Origin: a virus
Reading direction: 5' to 3' (one strand)
Virus record (IMG/VR): IMGVR_UViG_3300044507_000046
Span: 571 to 64,570 of that record
DNA: 64,000 bases
In this document: piece by piece, positions 38,472-47,416 of the stretch
Layout of the letters: the number at the start of each line of letters is the position of its first letter
Numbering within the stretch: the stretch's first letter is position 1
Notes under the pieces: generated by a model
Told to the model about the DNA's origin: nothing
What the model saw: the letters and a program-made list of their open reading frames with translations, nothing else
The model's database searches: none
Translations under genes and position numbers: made by a program

Positions 38472-39116
38472 ATGACACTCCCACGTTCGCAGTCCAACAA
38501 GGTCAAGGAACTCCGCTCCAAGCCGGGCAAACGTCGCGCTAAGCAGGTGGCCACTGAGCGCATCATGCTGGCGGCAAGTAGCGGGGGCAACTTCGGCGCT
38601 CCCGGCGCCAAGCCCAAGCCCCTCATTACCTCAGATGGCGAAGTGTCCCCGCATATCCCCGGCGCTACCATTGAGGCATGGAAAGAGAAGTTGGGGGTGG
38701 TTACACCGGAACTCCACACCCACGAATACTTGAGTGTCGCGGACCGCGCAGCAGGACGGCCCAAGAGCATGATCCGTCGCGCGGCACGCATGGCGCTGGC
38801 GGATCGGTTGAGCTTGCTGACGCGGATTGCGGATGCGGTCGAGATTCGGGTGTATGAAGTGGTCACAACCTTTGGCAAAGTGATTCCCGTGGCCGTGACC
38901 CCGTCAGTGGGGGAGCGCATCAAGGCACTGGAACTCTTGGCGCGGCTGGGTGGCTTGATGGATGAGCGGATTGATGGTGGGGAAGGGGCCACGGGCCCGG
39001 CCACGATGGACCTGACGCAGTTGTCGCAACTGGAACTGGAAGCCCTCTCGCAATTGCTGACCAAAGCGAAGTTGAGCGTGCCGACGGACGCGCCCAGTGA
39101 GTCCCGCGCCCAGTGA
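38472..39116 (+). CDS. terS: Probable terminase small subunit
   Basis: ERIKALELLARLGG...G.TGP...DLTQLSQLELEAL C-terminus typical of TerS; upstream of TerL; start uncertain. Confidence 0.6.
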   Translation: MTLPRSQSNKVKELRSKPGKRRAKQVATERIMLAASSGGNFGAPGAKPKPLITSDGEVSPHIPGATIEAWKEKLGVVTPELHTHEYLSVADRAAGRPKSMIRRAARMALADRLSLLTRIADAVEIRVYEVVTTFGKVIPVAVTPSVGERIKALELLARLGGLMDERIDGGEGATGPATMDLTQLSQLELEALSQLLTKAKLSVPTDAPSESRAQ

Positions 39117-39574
39117 CACCGTCTGGTGCTATGAGCACGCCTGCTGGGTCCGATGCCCGCGCCCAGTTAGCCCGGGCCATGCTGGACGAAGCCCTGCGAC
39201 TACGCACGTGGGCCGAAACCTTGGAAGCCGGGGCGCATGTCCTGTACGCACTCATCCCGCTCCCGAGCGATGCACCCATATCGTCAGCAATGCCCTCCTT
39301 GCCCCTGAAGGAGACGACGGCCTTGGCCCCGTGCCCTGTGCCGGCAGCGGAGGTGGCCCCGCGCCCGCGCCCAAAAGGCCACGGCGCTCCCCGCGCCCGC
39401 GCGCAACGCGCGGACGAATGGCGCCGGATCCAGTCGTACTGCGCGCAGCATCCCAATGCCAGCCGGGCCAGTATCGCAGCGGCCCTTCAGCTCCCGCGCC
39501 GACTCATCACCCGCCTCATCTGGAGTCATTCCCGGCCGACCACGGCAGTCTCGACCTCTACCCGACGTGGATGA
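39113..39574 (+). CDS. Hypothetical protein with a C-terminal HTH
   Basis: HPNASRASIAAALQLPRRLITRLI. Confidence 0.5.
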   Translation: MTPSGAMSTPAGSDARAQLARAMLDEALRLRTWAETLEAGAHVLYALIPLPSDAPISSAMPSLPLKETTALAPCPVPAAEVAPRPRPKGHGAPRARAQRADEWRRIQSYCAQHPNASRASIAAALQLPRRLITRLIWSHSRPTTAVSTSTRRG

Positions 39575-39706
39575 AATGAACTCGCCAACTTGCAGTTGTG
39601 AATTGTGCCGGAAGGATCGGGCCTTCATGTGGTATGATGTGCCCATGGGCGACGCGCCCTTGCGCTACCGCTGGGAATGGCTGCTGCTGCAACTGCGGCT
39701 GTGGCC

Positions 39707-39979
39707 ATGATCGGACGCTCACTGGGCCCGAATCAACTGGTGGTGTGGGAGCCCGGCGGGGCCGCCACCATCTATGTGATTGGTTGGGCCATGACGGTGG
39801 TGAAGGTGGAGCCCCGGGAGACGGATGTCATCACTCGGGATTGGCTGGGCCATCGTGGCGTGGTGAGGAAGACAGTGCCATGGTATCACCGCAAGATGTT
39901 GCCGTGGGTTCGCGCGGTGCAGCAGATCAGCAAGCCCGAGGAGGCAGCCAGCTTCTTGGCGCAATTCGGCCTCGCATGA
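39707..39979 (+). CDS. Hypothetical protein
   Basis: ATGA coupling on both sides. Confidence 0.5.
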   Translation: MIGRSLGPNQLVVWEPGGAATIYVIGWAMTVVKVEPRETDVITRDWLGHRGVVRKTVPWYHRKMLPWVRAVQQISKPEEAASFLAQFGLA

Positions 39980-40155
39980 CGGAGCCTGTGGAAGCGCGGC
40001 CCTGTCCTTTCTGTGGCATGGAGCCCTTCACCCGGGAGCGCGGCCCGACGGGCTTCACCATCATTCAATGTCGCCATGATGCCTGTGAGGTAGGCCCGAG
40101 CGTGAGTGCGATGACCCGGGCTGAGGCCCTGCGCATGTGGAACGTCCGCGCATGA
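39976..40155 (+). CDS. Lar-family restriction-alleviation-like Zn-ribbon protein
   Basis: RPCPFCG...C...C...AEALRMWN.R pattern. Confidence 0.7.
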   Translation: MTEPVEARPCPFCGMEPFTRERGPTGFTIIQCRHDACEVGPSVSAMTRAEALRMWNVRA

Positions 40156-41651
40156 CGATCATGGCGCTGCCGCCGGGCGTGGATCCGGACCAGCTGCGCT
40201 TCCGGGTGGACCGGGAATTGGCGGAGCGGTCGCTGGCCGCCTTCACTCGCCAAGGCTGGGCCAGCATCGACCCGGCCCCCTTCATCGACAACTGGCATCT
40301 GGAAGTGATGAGTGAGCGACTCGAAGCGGTGACGCGCGGCGAGATCCAGAAGCTCATCATCAACATCCCGCCCCGCCATGAGAAGTCTATCAAGACGGCG
40401 GTGGCGTGGCCTGCGTGGACGTGGGCCCAGTCCAAGCGCAACTTCCTTGCCGGGCCGCAGGTCCAGTTTCTCTTTGCGAGCTACGCGCAAACCCTCTCCA
40501 TCCGCGATAGCGTCAAGTGCCGGCGGCTGATTGAGTCGGCATGGTACCAGACGCGGTGGGGCGACCGTTTCGCGCTGACGGGCGACCAGAACACCAAGAT
40601 TCGTTTCGACAATGATCAGGGCGGCTATCGGTTGGCTACGTCCGTTGGCGGGGCACTCACGGGGGAGGGCGGCTCCATCATTGTGGTGGATGATCCGCAC
40701 AACGTCACCGACATCGTATCGGACATCCAGCGGTTGAGCGACCTGCTCTGGTGGGATGAGGCGATGTCCACCCGGCGCAATGACCCGAAGACGGGGGCCT
40801 ATGTCATCATCATGCAGCGTCTTCATGACCGTGATTTGACGGGCCATATCCTCGCCACCGAGCGGGACTGGGAGCATTTGTGTTTGCCGATGCGCTATGA
40901 GAAGTCGCATCCGCACGTCAGTGTGCTTGACCGGCGCACCGAGGAAGGCGAGCTGTTGTGGCCTGCGCGGATTGATGAGGCAGCGGCCCAAGAGTTAGAG
41001 CGCAAGGGCGAGTACATGGTGGCCGGGCAGCTGCAACAGCGCCCGGTCCCGCGCGGCGGCGCCATGTTCAAGCGGGAGTGGTTTGAGGTGGTGGATGCGC
41101 TTCCGTCTGTGGTTGCGTCGCGGGCCCGAGGCTGGGACTTGGCGGCCACCGAGGAGCAGCAGGGCTCGCAGCCTGCGTACACTGCGACCGTCAAGATGTC
41201 CAAGACCAAGGATGGCTTCTATTACATTGAGCATGCCGAGCGGGCCCGGCGCAGCCCCGCAGGCGTGGAGGCGATGATCACCGGCTATGCCAAGGCGGAC
41301 GGGAAGAAGATACCCATTGCCCTGCCGCAAGACCCGGCGCAAGCTGGCAAGTCGCAAGCCCACTACTACAAGACCCGGCTGAGTGGATGGGTGGTGCGCT
41401 GCCAGCCGCCCACCGGCTCGAAACCGGCCCGGGCCGCGCCCGTCGCGTCGCAAGCCGAGGTCGGCAACATCAAGGTGCTGCGAGGTCCGTGGAATGAGGA
41501 GTTTTTCGGGGAGCTGTGCCTGTTCCCGAATGGCACCTTCAAGGATTTCACAGATGCGTTGTCGGAAGTCTTCGACTATCTGGAGCATGGCATTTCCTTG
41601 GTGGAGGTGAAGGCCATCGACATTCCGCGCGTGAGCCCCTATGCCATGTGA
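40152..41651 (+). CDS. terL: Terminase large subunit
   Basis: INIPPRHEKS Walker A, TGEGGSIIVVDDPH Walker B, MQRLH, QQRP, nuclease GWDLAAT and FPNGTFKDFTDA. Confidence 0.92.
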   Translation: MTIMALPPGVDPDQLRFRVDRELAERSLAAFTRQGWASIDPAPFIDNWHLEVMSERLEAVTRGEIQKLIINIPPRHEKSIKTAVAWPAWTWAQSKRNFLAGPQVQFLFASYAQTLSIRDSVKCRRLIESAWYQTRWGDRFALTGDQNTKIRFDNDQGGYRLATSVGGALTGEGGSIIVVDDPHNVTDIVSDIQRLSDLLWWDEAMSTRRNDPKTGAYVIIMQRLHDRDLTGHILATERDWEHLCLPMRYEKSHPHVSVLDRRTEEGELLWPARIDEAAAQELERKGEYMVAGQLQQRPVPRGGAMFKREWFEVVDALPSVVASRARGWDLAATEEQQGSQPAYTATVKMSKTKDGFYYIEHAERARRSPAGVEAMITGYAKADGKKIPIALPQDPAQAGKSQAHYYKTRLSGWVVRCQPPTGSKPARAAPVASQAEVGNIKVLRGPWNEEFFGELCLFPNGTFKDFTDALSEVFDYLEHGISLVEVKAIDIPRVSPYAM

Positions 41652-41713
41652 GAAGTAAGCTCCGCATTTCGGTCCGGCGCATTAGGTTTCTCCTATCTCC
41701 TGCGGAGGACAGT

Positions 41714-42295
41714 ATGCCCGATTTGACCCCGCCCGATGCCCACGGCAAGACGCCGGTGTGGCCTTCCAAGAAGAAGAAGACTGGGATGAAGTGCGCCCCC
41801 GGCTCCCCAGCCGCCGAGATGAGCGCAATGAAGGCGTGCGTGGAGGCAGTCGGGAAGTCCTACGACGAATCCAAGCACCCGCGCAATCGAGGCAAGTTTG
41901 CGCCGAAAGGGGGCAGCGGGCTCGGGCAACAGCCCCATGATGCGGCAGCCAAGGCCAAGGGGAAACTGATGCTGAAGGCGCATGCTGCTTCTGCTGATGC
42001 TTTGGCCGTAGAAAGAAATATCAACATCCCAGGAGGTTCGGGGGTGCATGCATTGAATACTTCCTTTGCCCATGATCTGGCGGCCAATGCGTGGGAAAAA
42101 GTGGATCCCAAGCATCCCCAAGCCATTTTTCATCGAGCCAAGTTCCATCACTTCATTGACGCGGCCAAGACTCACTTGGCCAGTCTCCCGGGCTCCATCA
42201 GTAAATCTTTCAAGAACACCCAGCTCAAGAAGCTGGCACGCAACTTCGCCATGACCCTGCCGCCGCGTCCACTGACGCCGCAACGTGGCGAGTAA
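41714..42295 (+). CDS. HPR-motif head-associated protein 1
   Basis: GGAGGA RBS; KSYDESKHPRNRGKFAPKG at 41855-41911. Confidence 0.7.
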   Translation: MPDLTPPDAHGKTPVWPSKKKKTGMKCAPGSPAAEMSAMKACVEAVGKSYDESKHPRNRGKFAPKGGSGLGQQPHDAAAKAKGKLMLKAHAASADALAVERNINIPGGSGVHALNTSFAHDLAANAWEKVDPKHPQAIFHRAKFHHFIDAAKTHLASLPGSISKSFKNTQLKKLARNFAMTLPPRPLTPQRGE

Positions 42296-43757
42296 GCGCA
42301 GCAGCGGGCTCAGCCCGCTTGATCCGCAAATTCCTAACCCGGCGCGGCTCGATGCGCCGCCCCGTGCCCCGGCCCAAGAGTTGGGCAGCAGTGGCCTCCG
42401 GCGCATTGGCGGGTACGTGGATGCGGATTTCCTACCGGAGCTGCGCGGGGTTTCCGGGGCCAAGAAGTTTGGCGAGATGGCGGCCAACGATCCCATCATT
42501 GCCGGGATGCTGTTCGCGGTCACCATGCTGTTGCGGCGCACCAAGTGGACGGTGACGCCGAATCCCGAGGGCCCGACGGTCGAATCCAAGAAGGCAGCGG
42601 AGCTGGTGGACCTCGAATTGATGAAGCGGATGGAAGGCGGCTGGCCCAACCTCATGGCCAATGCCACCAGCATGGTGACCTACGGCTACGCCCCGTGCGA
42701 AGTCACCTACATCAAGCGGGCGGAAGGCTATCTGGGCGTGCGCAAGATTGCTCTGCGTTGGCAGGAGACGATTGAGCGCTGGGAGTTTGACGATACGACG
42801 GGCCAGTTGTTGGGGCTGTGGCAGATGGACTGGATCCGCCCGCGCGTCTTCATCCCCGTTACCAAGCTGGTGAACTTCCGCACCACCGACTTCATCCAAA
42901 ATCCCGAGGGCAAGTCGGCGTTGCGCGGGGCCTACGTGCCGTGGATGCGGAAGAAGGCGGTGGAGGAGGCAGAAGGCCGCGCGGCGCTCCGGGCCGCCGG
43001 TATCGTCAAGCTTACCATCCCCGGCCAGTTTCTCGAAGCGGGCGCGGATGACCAGATGGTGGCGGTGGCCGCCAGCTACAAGGCCCTCGCGGCGAAGCTC
43101 GCCCAAGACCAGCAGGGCGCGGTCCTGCTGCCGAGCGACGTCAACCCCGAGACCAAGGTGCCGATGTTTGACGTCACCTATGTGGTGGCGGACGGGCGAC
43201 GGCCGGGCGACATGACGCCAATTCTGGAGCGCATGGACAAGCGCATTGCCGGGACGGTGCTGGCCGATTTCATCCTGTTGGGGCAGCAGTCCGTGGGCAG
43301 CTTCGCGCTGTCGAGCGACAAGACGGCGCTGTTTGCGACGGCGCTGGCGGCGTGGCTCGATTTGATTGCCGGGGCCCTGAATCAAGAGCTGATGCCGCGC
43401 TGGTGGGCGTTGAATGGATGGCCGGAGGAGACGATGCCGGTGCTAACGCCGGGCGACGTGCAGAAGCGTGACCTCACTGAGCTGGGCGGCTTCCTCACCG
43501 CCATCGTCAATGCGGGCATGCCGCTGTTCCCGGATCCAGAGACGCAGAAGTGGATCCGGCAGGAAGCGGGATTGCCGGAGGTGGATGAGGCCAAGCTGAT
43601 GGAGGATCAGCAACAGGCTGCGCTCGATCAGCAGGAGTCGCAGCTGCAGCTGCAACAGGACATGGCCCCTCCGGACCCAAATGCGCCGCCCGGTCCGGTC
43701 CAGAAGGCCCTCTGGGCGCGACTCTCTACCCTTATGAAAGCCCGGATGCGTCCATGA
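42285..43757 (+). CDS. Portal protein (DUF935-like)
   Basis: ELGSSGL, YGYAPCE, NPEGKSALRGAY, GSFALS motifs; follows TerL. Confidence 0.88.
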   Translation: MASKRSSGLSPLDPQIPNPARLDAPPRAPAQELGSSGLRRIGGYVDADFLPELRGVSGAKKFGEMAANDPIIAGMLFAVTMLLRRTKWTVTPNPEGPTVESKKAAELVDLELMKRMEGGWPNLMANATSMVTYGYAPCEVTYIKRAEGYLGVRKIALRWQETIERWEFDDTTGQLLGLWQMDWIRPRVFIPVTKLVNFRTTDFIQNPEGKSALRGAYVPWMRKKAVEEAEGRAALRAAGIVKLTIPGQFLEAGADDQMVAVAASYKALAAKLAQDQQGAVLLPSDVNPETKVPMFDVTYVVADGRRPGDMTPILERMDKRIAGTVLADFILLGQQSVGSFALSSDKTALFATALAAWLDLIAGALNQELMPRWWALNGWPEETMPVLTPGDVQKRDLTELGGFLTAIVNAGMPLFPDPETQKWIRQEAGLPEVDEAKLMEDQQQAALDQQESQLQLQQDMAPPDPNAPPGPVQKALWARLSTLMKARMRP

Positions 43758-44158
43758 TCACACCCCAAGAGCAGGTGGCCTATGCGGCCATCACCAAGGC
43801 CTTTGAGGAGGCCAAGCACCCGCGCAACAAGGGGAAGTTTGCCCCCAAGCATCTGGGCATGGTCATGGCGGATTACAAAGACGGGGCCGAAGAAGTCGGG
43901 GCGCAGGTCCATGCCAATCTGCGCGGGACGGGCTTGAGTGTACGCACGCGCAGCCGCGATGACTACAGCCTGCTCTCTCTTCATCACCAAGGGAAGAAAA
44001 TCTATGAGGGCATGCACGATTGGAAATCAGGCCCTCAGGAAGTGGTGAATGGATTGCGTCCCCATCTGCTGAAACATGGGATCCATATCAAGGTGGACCA
44101 TTCGGCGGATGGCTCGGATACCTCCTTGTGGCAAATGTATCATCACCCGAAAGGATAG
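43754..44158 (+). CDS. HPR-motif head-associated protein 2
   Basis: MITPQEQVAYAAITKAFEEAKHPRNKGKFAPK. Confidence 0.75.
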   Translation: MITPQEQVAYAAITKAFEEAKHPRNKGKFAPKHLGMVMADYKDGAEEVGAQVHANLRGTGLSVRTRSRDDYSLLSLHHQGKKIYEGMHDWKSGPQEVVNGLRPHLLKHGIHIKVDHSADGSDTSLWQMYHHPKG

Positions 44159-44164
44159 TGCCGC

Positions 44165-44896
44165 ATGATCACGCCGCAAGAGCAGGCGGCCTATGCCGAG
44201 ATCCAGAAGGCCCTCCCCAAGCTTGGCACCGGGCAACGATTTGCTAATCTTGAAGCCCAAGGCATCAGCCCGGCCCTCGCGGCGACGATTGGCCGCAAGA
44301 AGTATGGCAAGAAGAAGTTTCAAGCCTTGAGCAAGGCCATGGACGGCAGCGAGACGCCCCAGACCAAGCCCCGGCAGAACCAGAATCCGGGCGCGGAGCA
44401 GTCGCAGGAGAATGATGATGAGGCGGCCGAGCTGGAAGATGGCACTGCCGCCACCGAGGTCAAGACCGTTGCCACCGTGCATGTGCCCATTGCGCCAATG
44501 CGCACGGCCAAGAGCGTGGTGGAGGAGGCGGTCAAGGCTTATGACGAATCCAAGCATCCCCGGAACAAGGGCAAGTTTGCATCCAAAGGGGTGAGTTACT
44601 CGGAGTCGCTGGCGCGGGCCCATTCCCGACGCATGACGAAAGAAGGGGGAATGGCCGCAGCGGATACGGGGCGCACCTACAAGAATGGGAACCCCATCCA
44701 CTTTGGCCATCACGTGACGGTGCCCTTGAAGTCATGGAAAGGAGGTAAGCCCTTTACTCAACGGCATCATGGTGTGGTCATTGGCTCGCCTCCGAGGTCG
44801 GATGAAGTCACGGTCCACGTCTATCACACGGGTCAGCTTGCCCATTCGAGCATTCCTTACAATTTCCCTGCCAAGCATCTCACCCACAAGGGATGA
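44165..44896 (+). CDS. HPR-motif head-associated protein 3
   Basis: MITPQEQAAYAEIQKA; internal KAYDESKHPRNKGKFASKG. Confidence 0.75.
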   Translation: MITPQEQAAYAEIQKALPKLGTGQRFANLEAQGISPALAATIGRKKYGKKKFQALSKAMDGSETPQTKPRQNQNPGAEQSQENDDEAAELEDGTAATEVKTVATVHVPIAPMRTAKSVVEEAVKAYDESKHPRNKGKFASKGVSYSESLARAHSRRMTKEGGMAAADTGRTYKNGNPIHFGHHVTVPLKSWKGGKPFTQRHHGVVIGSPPRSDEVTVHVYHTGQLAHSSIPYNFPAKHLTHKG

Positions 44897-45897
44897 TGGT
44901 CAACGTCGCCAAGGCTGATCTGTGGGAGGTGCTGCGGGCACTGGCCGATCAGTTTGTGCCGGAGCTGGCCAGCGCCATCAAGCAAGCCTTCGGGTTGGCC
45001 AAGGCGCATCTCGACCCGGCCGCGCTCCAAGCTGCCATTGAGTCGGGCTCGCTGGATGCGGTGGCGGAGGTGGCGCTGGGGGTGCCGTCACCGGACAATC
45101 CGCTGTACGAAGAAGTCCGGGCAGCGATGCAGCGAGCCATCACCCGCGCCGTGCGCCAGTGGGACGCGGAACTCACCCTCAACAACCAACCATTGCTGGC
45201 CGTCGGGCTCGGGGAAGATGTCGGCCAGAATCCCTACGCCCTCCAGTTCATCCGGACCTACCCGCTCGACCGCATCCGCCAGATTGATGAGAATACGCGG
45301 GCGGGCATTCGCTTCTATGTCCGGCGGGCGCTGGCCGAGGGGCAGAATCCCCGCAGCCTGATCCCGCAACTGGCAGGCGCGGTCCAACCGAATGGTGGAC
45401 GCGCGGGCGGCATCATTGGACTGACCACGCACCAAGCCCAATTCGTCTACAACTATCGCAAGCAGCTGGAGGCCGCCGATCCCCGGGCGCTCGACCGGGC
45501 GCTGCGGGACAAGCGGAGCGATGCTGCCGTGCGGGCTGCTGTTGAAGGGACCAAGGCCCTCAGTCCGGAACAGATTCAGACCTTGGTGACCAAGTACGAA
45601 GGCCGCTGGCTGGGCTACCGGGCAGAAGTCATTGCCCGGACCGAAGCCATGCGCGCCCTCGCGGCGGGGCAGCGGCTCGAATGGGACACTGCCATTCAGC
45701 AAGGCCGCATTGCCGCTACCTCCCTCCAGAAGCGATGGGTCACGGCGCATGATGAGCGGGTGCGTCCGCTCCACCAAGAGCTGAGCAACATGACGATTCC
45801 CTACACTGACCTATTCCCGACGGGTGATGCCGGGCCGGTCTGGGGGCCGCCTGCGGTGCCGAATTGCCGCTGCGTGCTCTGGATTGCGCCCAAGTGA
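44893..45897 (+). CDS. MuF / SPP1 gp7-like minor head protein (short form, no C-terminal extension)
   Basis: RAEVIARTE, KRWVTAHDERVRPLH, PNCRC. Confidence 0.88.
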   Translation: MMVNVAKADLWEVLRALADQFVPELASAIKQAFGLAKAHLDPAALQAAIESGSLDAVAEVALGVPSPDNPLYEEVRAAMQRAITRAVRQWDAELTLNNQPLLAVGLGEDVGQNPYALQFIRTYPLDRIRQIDENTRAGIRFYVRRALAEGQNPRSLIPQLAGAVQPNGGRAGGIIGLTTHQAQFVYNYRKQLEAADPRALDRALRDKRSDAAVRAAVEGTKALSPEQIQTLVTKYEGRWLGYRAEVIARTEAMRALAAGQRLEWDTAIQQGRIAATSLQKRWVTAHDERVRPLHQELSNMTIPYTDLFPTGDAGPVWGPPAVPNCRCVLWIAPK

Positions 45898-46652
45898 GCA
45901 CCACGCTGTGGAAGCGGTTCACTGAAGCGGCGCACCCGCGCAAGCCCAAGGGCTCGGCGCAGGGGGGTGAGTTTGTGCCCAAGAAGTTGCTGACGCATTT
46001 GAACAGTCTGGCCACCAAGGATTCTCGATGGCTGATGAAGGATGATTATGGGGATGTGGTGAATAGTGTCACACTCGACAACTTTACCTTCAAGCTCAAG
46101 GAGCCGGAGATGGCGGCCTTGGACTTGTATGCGTATCAAGGGGCGGAAAATCTGAACCCTTTTCTGCGCGGGAAGCGGACAGATTATCGGGTCAGTCCCA
46201 GTGAGGCGAAACAGACGGTGGCCACGATGGATTCTATTTTCCAACAGAAAGCCGTCGCCACCTCGAAGACCACTGTGGCTTTTCGTGGACTGGTGCTGCC
46301 GGCAGCCAAGGAGCTGAAGCCTGGCGCCATCTTGAAGGACAAGGGCTACACCAGTGTGACGCTGTCCCCGGGCGTGGCGGAAAACTTCACCATAGATCAT
46401 CCTGATGCGGACTCCATTAGTGCGGTGGTAGTGGTGCGGATGCCGCGCGGCACCCGCGTCATTCCCACCTTGCTGACCCGGGCTGGACAAGACATGATGG
46501 AGCATGAACTCATCTTGCCCCGCAATACCCGGATGCGCATTACCAAGGTACAAATCTTGCCTGACACGAAAGTCAACAGTGTGTTGAATGACCTGCGTGG
46601 TGGCCGCGACCTCCAGCGGCCGGTCCGGGTGTATCACGCGGAGCTGGTGTGA
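45894..46652 (+). CDS. HPR-motif ADP-ribosyltransferase 1 (VIP2/ARTC-like)
   Basis: Y...LNPFLRG, AFRG, GYTSVT, EHELILP. Confidence 0.82.
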   Translation: MSTTLWKRFTEAAHPRKPKGSAQGGEFVPKKLLTHLNSLATKDSRWLMKDDYGDVVNSVTLDNFTFKLKEPEMAALDLYAYQGAENLNPFLRGKRTDYRVSPSEAKQTVATMDSIFQQKAVATSKTTVAFRGLVLPAAKELKPGAILKDKGYTSVTLSPGVAENFTIDHPDADSISAVVVVRMPRGTRVIPTLLTRAGQDMMEHELILPRNTRMRITKVQILPDTKVNSVLNDLRGGRDLQRPVRVYHAELV

Positions 46653-47416
46653 GACAGAGCAACTGCGGGGTGGCTCTGGAAGACTTGGAGGTGGAGGAGC
46701 CCACCACCAAGACTTTCACGCCGTCGGAGCATCCCCGGGCCCCGGCCGGCACGGCGCAGGGCGGCGAGTTCTTGCCCAAGGTGGTGGACCGCCTGCGCCA
46801 GACCTCTCCCGACTCTGTGCAGCTCGGGGCGGCCGGGTATGGGGAGGTGGTTCCCGGGGATGTGATGAAGGGCTTTGTGGCCTCCCTCGGGCCTGAGGAG
46901 CGATGGGCCTTGAAGATGTATACTAGTTCCAATTATCGGGAGATCAATCCATGGATGCGGGCGGGCCGCCCGGCCGACTATCCCCAAGGGGTCATGGATG
47001 TGAGTGAGTTGAAGGCCAATACTACTATTTTGGAGCGGATGTTCACTACTCATGCGGTCGCGACCAACAGGGAAGTGGTGGCCTTTCGCGGCCTCAAGCT
47101 CAAGCCCGGGCAAGAGCTGCGGCCCGGGACCGTGTTGGAAGACAAAGCCTTCATCAGTACGACGTTGGATCCCAATGTGGCCCGGGATTTTGCGGAGCCC
47201 CTGACCTTCAAGCATCCCATTGCCCCTACCGTCATGGCCCTCAAGATTCCGAGGGGCACCCCCGTCATTCCGACCCAGTTTGCGGATGGGGGCGTCACCC
47301 TTGTGGAGCATGAGCTGATCCTGCCGCCCGGCACCAAGGTCCGCATCACCCAGATTGAACATGCACAGGGGAAGCCCGGCCACACGTGGACCATTGCGCA
47401 CGCGGTGCTCGCATGA
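46649..47416 (+). CDS. HPR-motif ADP-ribosyltransferase 2 (VIP2/ARTC-like)
   Basis: YTSSNYREINPWMR, AFRG, AFISTT, EHELILP. Confidence 0.85.
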   Translation: MRQSNCGVALEDLEVEEPTTKTFTPSEHPRAPAGTAQGGEFLPKVVDRLRQTSPDSVQLGAAGYGEVVPGDVMKGFVASLGPEERWALKMYTSSNYREINPWMRAGRPADYPQGVMDVSELKANTTILERMFTTHAVATNREVVAFRGLKLKPGQELRPGTVLEDKAFISTTLDPNVARDFAEPLTFKHPIAPTVMALKIPRGTPVIPTQFADGGVTLVEHELILPPGTKVRITQIEHAQGKPGHTWTIAHAVLA

